A stretch of 55,348 nt of DNA, taken from contig JANXSU010000293.1 of NCBI GenBank assembly GCA_025356545.1, forward strand, positions 1-55,348, in the 5' to 3' direction. The notes beneath the pieces are model-generated. The model saw only the letters and a list, made by a program, of their open reading frames with translations. It was not told the DNA's origin and did not search any database. The position numbers were made by a program, and so were the translations under genes. The stretch's first letter is position 1. Each line of letters opens with the position of its first letter. Of this stretch, positions 1-9,156 are shown piece by piece. The DNA comes from Comamonadaceae bacterium. GTDB lineage: Bacteria > Pseudomonadota > Gammaproteobacteria > Burkholderiales > Burkholderiaceae_C.

Positions 1-416
1 CCGGTGTGAAAAGCAAAAGCATCATTGGCCGGTAGCTGGAGCTTGAGCAGCATCACGTCGTCTGATTTTTTCTCTAGCGCAATCACCCGAACCGGCATCT
101 TCTTCACCGGGAAAGCACCTTCTTCCGTCACCTGGCGCGACTCCAGCACCACGTCGCTGTGCGGCACGCCGCAGCAGGTCAAGATGAATCCGGCGGCTTC
201 TTCGGCTTCGCTCAATGCTTTGCTTTGGTGATCACGGTGCACCACCGTGCCCGAGATTTTTTTGCATTTGCAAGAGCCACAAGCCCCGTCCTTACAGCCA
301 TAGGGCAAGCCAATACCCTGGCGAATGGCGGCGGCCAGGATGGCTTCGTCGGGGTTGACGGTGAGGCTGCGGCCACTGGGTTGCACGGTGACGGTATAAA
401 TTTCGGCGCTCGACAT
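1..416 (-). CDS. 2Fe-2S ferredoxin-type / FNR-family oxidoreductase, N-terminal part (3' end is outside the window)
   Basis: Not in the ORF track because it has no stop inside the window. My reverse-strand translation from the ATG at 416-414 gives MSSAEIYTVTVQPSGRSLTVNPDEAILAAAIRQGIGLPYGCKDGACGSCKCKKISG...FILTCCGVP. This carries the plant-type 2Fe-2S cysteine pattern. It continues into the start of an FAD-binding barrel (FPVKKMPVRVIALEKKSDDVMLLKL). Confidence 0.8.
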   Translation of the reverse strand, partial: MSSAEIYTVTVQPSGRSLTVNPDEAILAAAIRQGIGLPYGCKDGACGSCKCKKISGTVVHRDHQSKALSEAEEAAGFILTCCGVPHSDVVLESRQVTEEGAFPVKKMPVRVIALEKKSDDVMLLKLQLPANDAFAFHT

Positions 417-460
417 CTTTTCGGTATCCTTGATGAACTCAAATTTCACAAGCCTCGATT

Positions 461-1402
461 TTGCCTTCAAACCAAAACCCCTTGGGCGCGCTGCCCTCCC
501 GCTTTCGCCGAGAGCGAGTGCTGATTATTGGCTGTGGCGATGTGGGTGTGCGTGTGGCGCGTGAGTTGCCCGCCCGTGTGCGTGTGATGGCGCTCACCTC
601 CAGCCCGCAACGCGTGGCGGAATTGCGTGTGCAAAACATCACGCCGCTCATGGGCAATCTTGACGAACCAAAGACTCTTCAACGTCTGGCCGGCTTGGGC
701 ACCCGCGTGCTGCACCTGGCACCGCCGCCGGGGGAGGGCGGGGGCGATCCGCGCACTTTGGCCCTGGTTAGGGCACTGCGTCAGCGCTCTCTACCGGTGT
801 CGCTTCTCTATGGCTCCACCAGCGGTGTGTATGGCGATTGCGCGGGTGATGTCGTGAACGAGGCCCGGCCACTGCATCCCGATACGCCCCGCGCCCAAAG
901 GCGGGTGATGGCTGAAAGCACAGTGCGTTTTCTCGGTCGTGCGAGTGGTGTGCGCACCAATGTCTTGCGCATCCCCGGCATTTACGCGCCTGACCGGGTG
1001 GGCGGCACACCGCGTGAGCGCTTGCTGCGCGGCACGCCGGTGCTAGAGACTGCAGACGATGTATTTACCAACCACATCCATGCCGACGACCTGGCCCGTG
1101 CCTGCATCAAAGCCCTGTGGCGCGGCCAGCCGCAGCGCATCTACAACGTCAACGACGACACGGTGCTGAAGATGGGCGATTATTTTGACCTGGCCGCCGA
1201 CCTGTACGGCCTGTCGCGCCCACCGCGTATCTCGCGCTATGAAGCCCCGCGTCAACTCACCCTGATGCTGCTGAGTTTCATGAGCGAATCGCGCCGCATG
1301 GACAATACGCGTCTGAAGCGCGAACTGCGCTTGCGCTTGCGCTACCCCACGGTCAGTGAAGGCTTGCAGACAACTGCCTTCAACGGTGAAGACAATTACT
1401 GA
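461..1402 (+). CDS. NAD(P)-binding SDR-family epimerase/dehydratase-like protein
   Basis: 313-aa ORF with an N-terminal Rossmann motif RVLIIGCGDVGVRVAREL. The start is uncertain; a GTG at 518 is also possible. Confidence 0.7.
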   Translation: MPSNQNPLGALPSRFRRERVLIIGCGDVGVRVARELPARVRVMALTSSPQRVAELRVQNITPLMGNLDEPKTLQRLAGLGTRVLHLAPPPGEGGGDPRTLALVRALRQRSLPVSLLYGSTSGVYGDCAGDVVNEARPLHPDTPRAQRRVMAESTVRFLGRASGVRTNVLRIPGIYAPDRVGGTPRERLLRGTPVLETADDVFTNHIHADDLARACIKALWRGQPQRIYNVNDDTVLKMGDYFDLAADLYGLSRPPRISRYEAPRQLTLMLLSFMSESRRMDNTRLKRELRLRLRYPTVSEGLQTTAFNGEDNY

Positions 1403-1407
1403 TATTT

Positions 1408-2100
1408 TTGAAAATGACGAACCCCAGAATCGCCCTCATCCACGCCACCCCGTTGGCCGTCCAGCCCGTTGCTGAAGCCTTTAAACAACTGTGGCCGCAA
1501 GCCCGCTTGGCTAATTTTTTGGATGACAGTCTGGCCCCTGATTTGGCCGAGGCTGGATCGCTTAACGCCACCATGATCACCCGATTCATCGGCTTGGCGC
1601 AGTACGCCAAGACTTATGGCGCGCACGCTATTTTGTTCACCTGCTCGGCCTTTGGCCCAGCCATTGACGAGGCCCGCCAAGCCGTGGGCCTGCCCACCCT
1701 CAAACCCAACGAGGCCATGTTTGACGAGGCGCTGGATCTGTGCGAGCGCTTAGGCGGCCCGCGCCGCATCGGCTTGCTAACCACCTTTGCTCCGTCTTCC
1801 ATCTCCATGCGTGAAGAGCTGCTGGCCGCCATTCGCCTGCGAGGTTTGGACGTGCAAGTCGATGGCGCTTGCGCCGATGGTGCAATGGCGATCTATAACG
1901 CGGGCGACGCCGCCACCCATGACCGCATGATCTTTGACAGTGCCCGCCCGCTGGCCGCGTGCGATGTGGTGGTGCTGGGGCAGTTCTCCATGGCGCGCGC
2001 ACAAAAGGGCGTGGCCGATGTGCTGGGTAAACCCGTGTTGACCAGCCCCGAGAGCGCCGTGTGCCGCCTCAAGGCCACGTTTGAATCGATTTCTTCATAA
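1408..2100 (+). CDS. Asp/Glu/hydantoin racemase family protein
   Basis: 230-aa ORF. The pattern IALIHATPLAV...AILFTCSAFGPAIDEAR...VVLGQFSMA matches the two-lobe racemase / arylmalonate decarboxylase-like fold with paired Cys/Ser-containing loops. Confidence 0.7.
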   Translation: MKMTNPRIALIHATPLAVQPVAEAFKQLWPQARLANFLDDSLAPDLAEAGSLNATMITRFIGLAQYAKTYGAHAILFTCSAFGPAIDEARQAVGLPTLKPNEAMFDEALDLCERLGGPRRIGLLTTFAPSSISMREELLAAIRLRGLDVQVDGACADGAMAIYNAGDAATHDRMIFDSARPLAACDVVVLGQFSMARAQKGVADVLGKPVLTSPESAVCRLKATFESISS

Positions 2101-2110
2101 GGCCAATCAC

Positions 2111-3397
2111 ATGAGCAAGGCACTGCTGGGCTGCATCGCCGACGACTTCACCGGTGCTACCGATCTGGCCAACAACCTTGTGCGCACCGGTTTTCGGGTG
2201 GTGCAAACCATCGGCATCCCGGATGGCCCACTGAACGCGGATGCTGACGCTGTGGTGGTGTCATTGAAGTCACGTACCATCCCGGCGGCTGATGCGGTTA
2301 CCCAATCGTTGGCCGCACTAGCCTGGTTGCAAAGCCAAGGCGCGGGGCAGATCTACTTCAAATATTGCTCCACTTTTGACTCCACCGCGCAGGGCAACAT
2401 CGGCCCGGTGACAGACGCCTTGATGGACGCGCTGGGCACTGATTTCACCATCGCTTGCCCTGCCTTCCCCGAGAACGCGCGCACCATTTTCAAGGGCTAT
2501 TTGTTTGTGGGCGACGAGCTGCTACACGAGTCCGGCATGCGCAACCACCCGCTCACGCCCATGACCGATTCGAACCTAGTGCGCGTCTTGCAGGCGCAGA
2601 CCCAGCGACGTGTTGGACTCATTGATTACTGCACCGTGGCCCAAGGGGCTGACGCCATTACACAGCGCATCGCGGCACTCAAGGCCGCGGGTGTTTCTAT
2701 GGCCGTCACCGACGCCGTCAGTAATGACGATTTGCGCAGCATGGGGCCTGCGCTGGCAGCCTTGCCCTTGATCACAGCGGGCTCCGGCGTAGCCATTGGT
2801 CTGACGCCTGCGCAGCGCGAACGTTCGCAGGGTGACGCGGCTACTCTACCTGCCGCACAGGGCCTGCGTGCCATCGTGTCTGGCAGTTGCTCTACTGCCA
2901 CCAACGGGCAGGTGGCAGCCTTCATCGCCAGCGGAGGGGCAGCCTTTGCAGTGAACCCTATGCAGCTAGCGCAAGGCGAGGATGTGGCGTCGAATGCATT
3001 GGCTTGGTCCAAAGAGCATTTGCTCGCAGGCCCCGTGTTGATCTACGCCACTGCCGAACCCGACGCCGTGCGCGCCGTGCAAGCCGAGTTGGGTGTTGAA
3101 CGCGCAGGCCAATTGGTCGAACAGGCGCTGGCCGCTGTGACCTGCGGCCTGGTACAGCAAGGCGTACGCCAGCTCATCGTGGCTGGTGGCGAGACTTCAG
3201 GTGCTTGCGTGCAGGCGCTGGACATTAAACGCCTGCGCATCGGCCCGCAGATTGCACCCGGTGTGCCCTGGTGCCATGCGCCATCGCCGCACGCGCCCCA
3301 AAATGGTCAGTACATGGAGGGCCTGCACCTCGCCCTCAAGTCCGGCAACTTCGGCGCATCCGACTTTTTCATCACCGCCTTCGATGTGTTGAAATGA
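2111..3397 (+). CDS. otnK: Four-carbon acid-sugar kinase (DUF1537 family), 3-oxo-tetronate kinase-like
   Basis: The internal start MSKALLGCIADDFTGATDLANNL is the typical DUF1537 N-terminus. The ORF-track start at 2081 would overlap the upstream gene. About 428 aa. Confidence 0.8.
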   Translation: MSKALLGCIADDFTGATDLANNLVRTGFRVVQTIGIPDGPLNADADAVVVSLKSRTIPAADAVTQSLAALAWLQSQGAGQIYFKYCSTFDSTAQGNIGPVTDALMDALGTDFTIACPAFPENARTIFKGYLFVGDELLHESGMRNHPLTPMTDSNLVRVLQAQTQRRVGLIDYCTVAQGADAITQRIAALKAAGVSMAVTDAVSNDDLRSMGPALAALPLITAGSGVAIGLTPAQRERSQGDAATLPAAQGLRAIVSGSCSTATNGQVAAFIASGGAAFAVNPMQLAQGEDVASNALAWSKEHLLAGPVLIYATAEPDAVRAVQAELGVERAGQLVEQALAAVTCGLVQQGVRQLIVAGGETSGACVQALDIKRLRIGPQIAPGVPWCHAPSPHAPQNGQYMEGLHLALKSGNFGASDFFITAFDVLK

Positions 3398-4116
3398 CAG
3401 AAAACCAAGTCCGAGAAGACATCTGCCGCGTCGGGCAAAGCCTGTTCGCTCGCGGCTACGTGCACGCCACCGCAGGCAACATCAGCGTGCAGCTAGACGC
3501 CACGCAAGGCGGCGGCTTCCTCATCACCCCCACGGATGCCTGCCTGGGCTTCCTCGACCCGGCCCGCTTGGCACGGCTGGACGCACAGGGCCAGCAAATC
3601 AGCGGTGAGAAGGCCAGCAAAACCATCGCTCTGCACCGCCACATTTACGAAGCCAGCGCCAGCACAGGCGCACCCGCACGCTGCGTCATCCATACCCACA
3701 GCACGCATTGCGTGGCTTTGACGTTGGGAGTGGGGCAAGCGGGGTCAAGCGGCGTGTTGATCGAAGCTAAAGCCGGTGTGCAAGAGCGCGAACTACTCCC
3801 CGCCCTCACGCCCTACTTCGTCATGAAGGTCGGGCATGTGCCGCTCATCAACTACCGCAAACCCGGCGACCCGCAAGCCGCGCAGGACGTGGCCGCCGCC
3901 ATCGCTCGCTTTCATCAACGCGGCACACCGATTCGCGCCGTCATGCTCGAGCGCCTGGGCCCCAACGTCTGGCACGACACGCCCGCCGCTGCCATGGCCA
4001 CGCTGGAAGAGCTGGAAGAAACGGCCAAGCTGTGGTTCTTAAGTCAGCATCAGCCTGCGGCTTTGTCTGCTAATGGGATCGAAGAGTTGCGTCAGAGCTT
4101 TAATGCGCATTGGTAG
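3394..4116 (+). CDS. otnC: Class II aldolase/adducin-family protein, 3-oxo-tetronate 4-phosphate decarboxylase-like
   Basis: The ATG at 3394 overlaps the otnK stop (ATGA). MTENQVREDICRVGQSLFARGYVHATAGNISVQLD and IHTHSTHCVALT are class II aldolase motifs. The ORF-track start at 3271 lies inside otnK. Confidence 0.72.
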   Translation: MTENQVREDICRVGQSLFARGYVHATAGNISVQLDATQGGGFLITPTDACLGFLDPARLARLDAQGQQISGEKASKTIALHRHIYEASASTGAPARCVIHTHSTHCVALTLGVGQAGSSGVLIEAKAGVQERELLPALTPYFVMKVGHVPLINYRKPGDPQAAQDVAAAIARFHQRGTPIRAVMLERLGPNVWHDTPAAAMATLEELEETAKLWFLSQHQPAALSANGIEELRQSFNAHW

Positions 4117-4242
4117 GGTGGCAGAGCTGGGATATAAACAGTAACTCGAATCACTCTTTCGCTATCTAGCACCGCCGCTGCGAACACCGATCTGTTACGG
4201 TCAAATTCTTCCAATCGCGCACATTAAAGTAGGTGAGAGTAT

Positions 4243-4268
4243 TTGATTCACGGTGTTTTAGTTATAAT
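4243..4268 (+). promoter_or_regulatory. Candidate sigma70 promoter for rplS (TTGATT ... TATAAT)
   Basis: Perfect TATAAT at 4263-4268 in an AT-rich 262-bp intergenic region. The best -35-like hexamer, TTGATT (4243-4248), is only 14 nt away, so the -35 assignment is weak. Confidence 0.35.
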
Positions 4269-4378
4269 CAAAGGCTTTTCGATCCTCTGTGCGGCCGTTT
4301 GACCCTTAATTGACTTTAGGGTTTCAAACATGGAGTGTCATCCCGACACTGGCGCGAACATGATCACGTGAGGAAACT

Positions 4379-4753
4379 ATGAACCTGATCCAAATCCTTG
4401 AGCAAGAAGAAATTGCTCGTCTCGGCAAAAAAATCCCCGCATTTGCCCCTGGCGACACGGTCATCGTGAGCGTCAACGTGGTTGAAGGCACCCGCAAGCG
4501 CGTGCAGGCTTATGAAGGCGTCGTGATTGCCAAGCGCAACCGTGGCCTGAACAGCGGCTTCATCGTTCGCAAAATCTCCAGCGGCGAAGGCGTCGAGCGT
4601 ACTTTCCAGACCTACAGCCCACTGATCGCTGGCATTGAAGTCAAGCGCCGTGGTGACGTGCGTCGTGCCAAGTTGTACTACCTGCGTGATCGCAGCGGCA
4701 AGTCGGCCCGTATCAAGGAAAAACTGCCCAACAGGGCTGCATCCGCCGCGTAA
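4379..4753 (+). CDS. rplS: 50S ribosomal protein L19
   Basis: [67 protein letters not shown] is unmistakable L19. A GAGGAA Shine-Dalgarno sits 6 nt upstream. Confidence 0.97.
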   Translation: MNLIQILEQEEIARLGKKIPAFAPGDTVIVSVNVVEGTRKRVQAYEGVVIAKRNRGLNSGFIVRKISSGEGVERTFQTYSPLIAGIEVKRRGDVRRAKLYYLRDRSGKSARIKEKLPNRAASAA

Positions 4754-4770
4754 GCTCGGTTGCCTGCCTG

Positions 4771-4810
4771 AAGCCGCCCTGGTTTTACTAGTGGCGGCTT
4801 TTTTGTTTTT
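4771..4810 (+). terminator. Rho-independent terminator after rplS
   Basis: AAGCCGCC (4771-4778) pairs with GGCGGCTT (4793-4800), followed by TTTTGTTTTT. Confidence 0.8.
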
Positions 4811-4841
4811 AACGCGTAGATGATTTGCAGCAGGCGGCTTC

Positions 4842-5543
4842 GTGATTTCCGTCAAACCCTTCACCCCGTTGTCTAAGTTACCCAATTTCGATCCTGTCAC
4901 TTTCCCCGTGCTAGGCGTCGACGGTCATTTGCCTGCGGTTGAACTCATGCATTTGCAACCAGGTGCACTGCGACGCCGATTCTTGGCACCCCCTGCATGG
5001 ACGCCGGAGATCGTGGCAGAGCCGCGCTTTACCCAAAGGCAGATGCGTCAGGCGGCCGTGCTCATCCCCATCGTCGAGCGTGAGTGCCCTACGGTCTTGT
5101 TGACCCAGCGCACCCACCATTTGTCCAATCACGCGGGTCAAATTGCCTTTCCTGGCGGTAAGGTGGATGACACCGATGCTGACGCCATCATGGCTGCTTT
5201 ACGTGAGGCGGAGGAGGAGGTGGGTCTGGCTGCGGACTTCATTCAGGTGCTGGGGACGTTGCCCCTCTACACCACGGGCAGTGCATTCAACATCACGCCC
5301 GTTGTGGCGTTGATCACACCGGGCTTCAAGCTGGAGCCCAACACGGGCGAAGTGGCCGATGTGTTCGAGGTACCACTCGATTTTTTGATGAACCCGGCTC
5401 ACCATCACAGGCATACCTTGACGGCTGAAGGCCTGCGGCGCGACTGGTTTTCTATGCCCTATCAGGATGCACAAACCGAGCGCTTCATCTGGGGGGCTAC
5501 GGCTGGCATGTTGCGTAATTTCTACCGCTTTCTGATCGCCTGA
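4842..5543 (+). CDS. Nudix hydrolase, CoA pyrophosphatase-like
   Basis: Nudix box GGKVDDTDADAIMAALREAEEEVGL. The upstream motif AAVLIPIVERE...LLTQRT is typical of the NudL/CoA pyrophosphatase group. GTG start. Confidence 0.85.
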   Translation: MISVKPFTPLSKLPNFDPVTFPVLGVDGHLPAVELMHLQPGALRRRFLAPPAWTPEIVAEPRFTQRQMRQAAVLIPIVERECPTVLLTQRTHHLSNHAGQIAFPGGKVDDTDADAIMAALREAEEEVGLAADFIQVLGTLPLYTTGSAFNITPVVALITPGFKLEPNTGEVADVFEVPLDFLMNPAHHHRHTLTAEGLRRDWFSMPYQDAQTERFIWGATAGMLRNFYRFLIA

Positions 5544-5565
5544 GTCGGGCCGCTATGATGGTGGT

Positions 5566-6516
5566 ATGAGCTTTTTTGCCCTTCTTCTTGCCCTGCTTTT
5601 GGAACAAGCCCGCCCCTTGGCGAGTGGCAATTTTGTGCACAGCAATATGCGGGCTTGGGTGCGCTGGGTCATCCGCAACTTTGATGCTGGGGCCAAGCCT
5701 CATAGCTGGCTGGCCTGGGGCATGGCCGTTGGCATGCCCACGGTTGTGGCTTTGGTCTTGCATTGGGTGCTGCTGGTGCAATGGGGCTGGTTTGCCGCCA
5801 TGGTCTGGAACGTGGCGGTGCTCTACGTGACCTTGGGTTTTCGGCAATTCAGCCATCACTTCACTGATATTCGGGAGGCGTTAGAGGCGGGCGATGAAGC
5901 CAAAGCGCGCAGCTTGCTTGCCGCTTGGCAGCAGATGGATGCGAGCGAATTGCCACGCCGCGAGATCATCCGCCAGGTGATTGAGTACTCGGTTGTTTCG
6001 GCCCACCGCCATGTGTTTGGTGTGTTGAGCTGGTTCTCCGTTCTGGCCGCCTTCGGTTTGGGCCCGGCCGGGGCGGTGATGTACCGGCTGTCTGAATTTG
6101 TGAGCCGTTATTGGCGCTATATGGCCAGCCAACCGGGTCAACCGGTGAGTGGGTTGACACAAGACGTTGCAGATCGGGCCTGGGCACGGGTGGACTGGTT
6201 ACCGGCCCGCATTACAGCAACGGGGTTTGCGGTTGTGGGTAGTTTTGAAGATGCGATTGACGGCTGGCGCCTGTATGAATCACAAGCGTCGGCCAGTAAT
6301 GATGGTGTCATTTTGGCCGCGACCGCAGGGGCTGTAGATGTCAATTTGGGCGAAACGTTGGTAGCTTCTTCGACACCCGTTGAAGAGGCTGCGTCAGCGG
6401 TCCGCCCCGAACCGGAACTGGCGCATCTGGCCAGCGTCGTGGGCCTGGTCTGGCGCTCTGTAGTGATGTGGATGGTGTTGCTGGCCTTGCTCACCTTGGC
6501 TCGTTTGCTGGGGTGA
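5566..6516 (+). CDS. CobD/CbiB (AmpE-like) family membrane protein
   Basis: 316-aa ORF with several hydrophobic segments. The N-terminus MSFFALLLALLLEQARPL is typical of this family. Confidence 0.7.
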   Translation: MSFFALLLALLLEQARPLASGNFVHSNMRAWVRWVIRNFDAGAKPHSWLAWGMAVGMPTVVALVLHWVLLVQWGWFAAMVWNVAVLYVTLGFRQFSHHFTDIREALEAGDEAKARSLLAAWQQMDASELPRREIIRQVIEYSVVSAHRHVFGVLSWFSVLAAFGLGPAGAVMYRLSEFVSRYWRYMASQPGQPVSGLTQDVADRAWARVDWLPARITATGFAVVGSFEDAIDGWRLYESQASASNDGVILAATAGAVDVNLGETLVASSTPVEEAASAVRPEPELAHLASVVGLVWRSVVMWMVLLALLTLARLLG

Positions 6517-6579
6517 TCCCTGAAACCTTGCGGGACAGTCCGTAGCTACGCGCAGCGAGCCAGCTCTTTCCTCAACTGA

Positions 6580-7527
6580 TTAGTAACGGATTTGCGATAA
6601 TTCTGCAAACAAGTCGCTATAAATATTATAGCGCGGTACGCTGATATTCAAAGGTCTAGCGTCTGATTTGACTTCAGACATAACGCCGCAGCCGGGTTCA
6701 TGCAAATGCGTGCAGTTGTAGAAGCGGCAGTTCTTGATCCAGGGCTTCAAGTCGGGCATCAAGTTGGCCAAGTGCATGGGGTCTATGTGCTGGAGCCCAA
6801 ATTCTTGAAAACCGGGGGAGTCGATCAAGGCCGTTGTTCTGGCCTTGTCTGTCCAATACCAGTTGGTGCTGGTGGTGGTGTGTTTGCCCGAATTCAGTGC
6901 GGTTGAAATCTCACCTGTGACCACTTGCGCGCCCGGCACCAGCAGGTTGATGAGGGTGCTTTTGCCAGAGCCGGAGGGCCCCAGCACCAGCGTCGTCTTG
7001 TCCGCCAGCTTCTCGTTCAATACCTGCACCGATGCGGCTGCGTCATCGCCAGAGGCTTGCGTCTTGAGGCACAGCGGCAGCACGGTATAGCCCATGCGCC
7101 GGTAGGGGGCCAGTCGCTCCCAGGCCCGGGTAAACATCTCGCCCAGGTCACTCTTGTTTAACGCAATCACCGGCGTGATGCCTTCAGCCTCGGCGGCGAT
7201 CAGTGCGCGGGTGAGTTGACTCTCCGAAAAGACAGGGTCGGCGGCAATCAGGATCAGCACCTGGTCCAGATTGGCGGCGAAGGACTTGGTGCGAATTTCG
7301 TCCTGGCGGTAAAACAGGTTGCGCCGGGGCTCGACTTTCTCAATCGTGCCCTCATCGGTCGTGGCCTGCCACAGAACACGGTCACCCACCACGGACTGGC
7401 TTTTTTTGCCACGGGGATGGCAAATCAGCCGCTGCCCATCGGGCGTTTCCACCATGACGTGGCGACCATGTCCTGCCACCACCAAGCCTTTGTTAAGCCC
7501 TTGCACGGGCGTCTTATGGGTACTCAA
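6580..7527 (-). CDS. rsgA: Ribosome small-subunit-dependent GTPase A
   Basis: Circularly permuted GTPase order: ALNKSDL (G4), then GPSGSGKSTLINLL (P-loop). C-terminal zinc knuckle CRFYNCTHLHEPGCGV. Confidence 0.93.
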   Translation of the reverse strand: MSTHKTPVQGLNKGLVVAGHGRHVMVETPDGQRLICHPRGKKSQSVVGDRVLWQATTDEGTIEKVEPRRNLFYRQDEIRTKSFAANLDQVLILIAADPVFSESQLTRALIAAEAEGITPVIALNKSDLGEMFTRAWERLAPYRRMGYTVLPLCLKTQASGDDAAASVQVLNEKLADKTTLVLGPSGSGKSTLINLLVPGAQVVTGEISTALNSGKHTTTSTNWYWTDKARTTALIDSPGFQEFGLQHIDPMHLANLMPDLKPWIKNCRFYNCTHLHEPGCGVMSEVKSDARPLNISVPRYNIYSDLFAELSQIRY

Positions 7528-7536
7528 ATCGTGACC

Positions 7537-7848
7537 TCAGACCAGCAGCGCATCAAGCCGCGCCGCACAGTCAAAATCACGCACAGACAAACCGCTCACA
7601 TCGTGCGTGCTGTAGCGCACCACACAACGGCTGTAGTGCACCGTTAGTACGGGGTGATGATCTTGCCGGTGCGCGATGAAAGCGACCGCATTCACGAACG
7701 CGATGGTCTCGTAGTAGTTGGCAAAAGCGTAGGTTTTTTCGATGGCCAGGTCAGCACCGTCGCCATTCAGCGTCCAACCTTCGAGCTTGGACAGGCTGGT
7801 GACGATCTCCGTTGCGCTCAGCGCCCGGCGGGTTGGGGCGGTGCTCAT
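7537..7848 (-). CDS. phhB: 4a-hydroxytetrahydrobiopterin (pterin-4-alpha-carbinolamine) dehydratase
   Basis: 103 aa, with ...AHRQDHHPVLTVHYSRCVVRYSTHD... typical of the PCD/DCoH family. Its ATG overlaps the stop of the upstream M48 gene (ATGA). Confidence 0.85.
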   Translation of the reverse strand: MSTAPTRRALSATEIVTSLSKLEGWTLNGDGADLAIEKTYAFANYYETIAFVNAVAFIAHRQDHHPVLTVHYSRCVVRYSTHDVSGLSVRDFDCAARLDALLV

Positions 7849-9086
7849 GGGGCCATCCGTGCCAAACGCTCAGACGCAGGCGGATGCGAGTAATAAAACT
7901 TCACATAAATCGGGTCGGGCGTCAGCGTGGAGGCGTTGTCTTCATACAGCTTGAGCAGCGCGCTGCTCAGGTCGCTGCCACTGGTTTGCGCCACTGCGTA
8001 GGCGTCGGCTTCGAACTCATGCTTGCGTGAGACCCTGGCCGACAGCGGCGCGATAAAGAAGCTGAAGATCGGAGACACCATCAAAAACAGCAGCAAGGCC
8101 AGCGCGTCGTTGGACGCGTTCAACTGCGGGGTTACACCCAGACCGGTATAGAACCAAATCTGCGTTGCCAGCCAGCCCAGCAGGGCAAAGCCCAGCAGAC
8201 TCAAGGCAAACAGGCTGACGATGCGTTTGATGATGTGTTTGTGCTTGAAGTGGCCGAGTTCATGCGCCAGCACGGCGTCTACCTCACCGGGGCTCAGCTT
8301 GCTCAGCAGCGTGTCAAAAAACACCACCCGCTTGGCAGCACCAAAGCCCGTGAAATAGGCGTTGGCATGGGCGCTGCGCTTACTGCCATCCATCACAAAC
8401 AGACCCTTGGCGGCAAAGCCGCAGCGTTGCATTAACGCAGTGACGCGGGCCTTGAGCGACTCGTCTTCCAGCGGCTTGAACTTATTGAACAGCGGGGCGA
8501 TGAAGGTCGGGTAAATCATCAACAGCAGCAGGTTAAAACCCATCCAAATGCCCCAAGCCCACAGCCACCACCAAGCGCCCGTCGCGCCCATCACCCAAAG
8601 GATCAGGGCCACAATCGGCAAGCCAATCAGCACGCCCACCACGCTGGACTTAAGCAGGTCTACCAGCCACAGCTTGAACGTCATCTTGTTGAAGCCAAAG
8701 CGCTCTTCAATCACAAAGGTTTGGTACAGAGTGATGGGCAGCTCAATCAAGCCGCCAATCAGGGTGAAGGCTGCGATCAAGGCCAGTTGTTGCGTCATGC
8801 CCGTGCCCAGCCAGGCCAGCAGCATCTGGTTCAAGGTGTCCAGCCCGCTCAGCAGCGTCCAGCTCATCAGAATCACTGTGCCCAGTGCCAATTCGAGCAG
8901 GCCAAAACGGGCCTTGACTAGGGTGTAGTCAGCGGCCTTTTGGTGGGCGGCCAGGGTGATGGTGCTGGCAAACGTGGCAGGTACTGCATCGCGGTGGCGC
9001 GCCACATGCCTGATCTGGCGTGACGCCAGCCAGAACTTCACTCCAAGACCGAGCAGCAGCGCCAGTGCAAAAGTGAAGGTCAACAT
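7845..9086 (-). CDS. M48-family (Ste24/HtpX-like) zinc metallopeptidase, membrane-bound
   Basis: [10 protein letters not shown] zinc motif with multiple N-terminal TM segments. I chose the start [28 protein letters not shown] at 9086. The track ORF extends to 9542, but that part overlaps orn on the other strand. An ATG at 9119 is an alternative. Confidence 0.85.
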   Translation of the reverse strand: MLTFTFALALLLGLGVKFWLASRQIRHVARHRDAVPATFASTITLAAHQKAADYTLVKARFGLLELALGTVILMSWTLLSGLDTLNQMLLAWLGTGMTQQLALIAAFTLIGGLIELPITLYQTFVIEERFGFNKMTFKLWLVDLLKSSVVGVLIGLPIVALILWVMGATGAWWWLWAWGIWMGFNLLLLMIYPTFIAPLFNKFKPLEDESLKARVTALMQRCGFAAKGLFVMDGSKRSAHANAYFTGFGAAKRVVFFDTLLSKLSPGEVDAVLAHELGHFKHKHIIKRIVSLFALSLLGFALLGWLATQIWFYTGLGVTPQLNASNDALALLLFLMVSPIFSFFIAPLSARVSRKHEFEADAYAVAQTSGSDLSSALLKLYEDNASTLTPDPIYVKFYYSHPPASERLARMAP

Positions 9087-9156
9087 CAGGGAAGGGGAGA
9101 GCGGGGAGGGGTTAAGCATAGGGCTTGAGTTTAGGCCATCGGTGACAATCCCGTGC

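Noticed and set aside
212-442. 76-aa minus-strand ORF at the left edge
   Set aside because: It is out of frame with the reading that gives a clean 2Fe-2S ferredoxin / FNR N-terminus (start at 416). The ferredoxin frame is missing from the ORF track only because it has no stop in the window.
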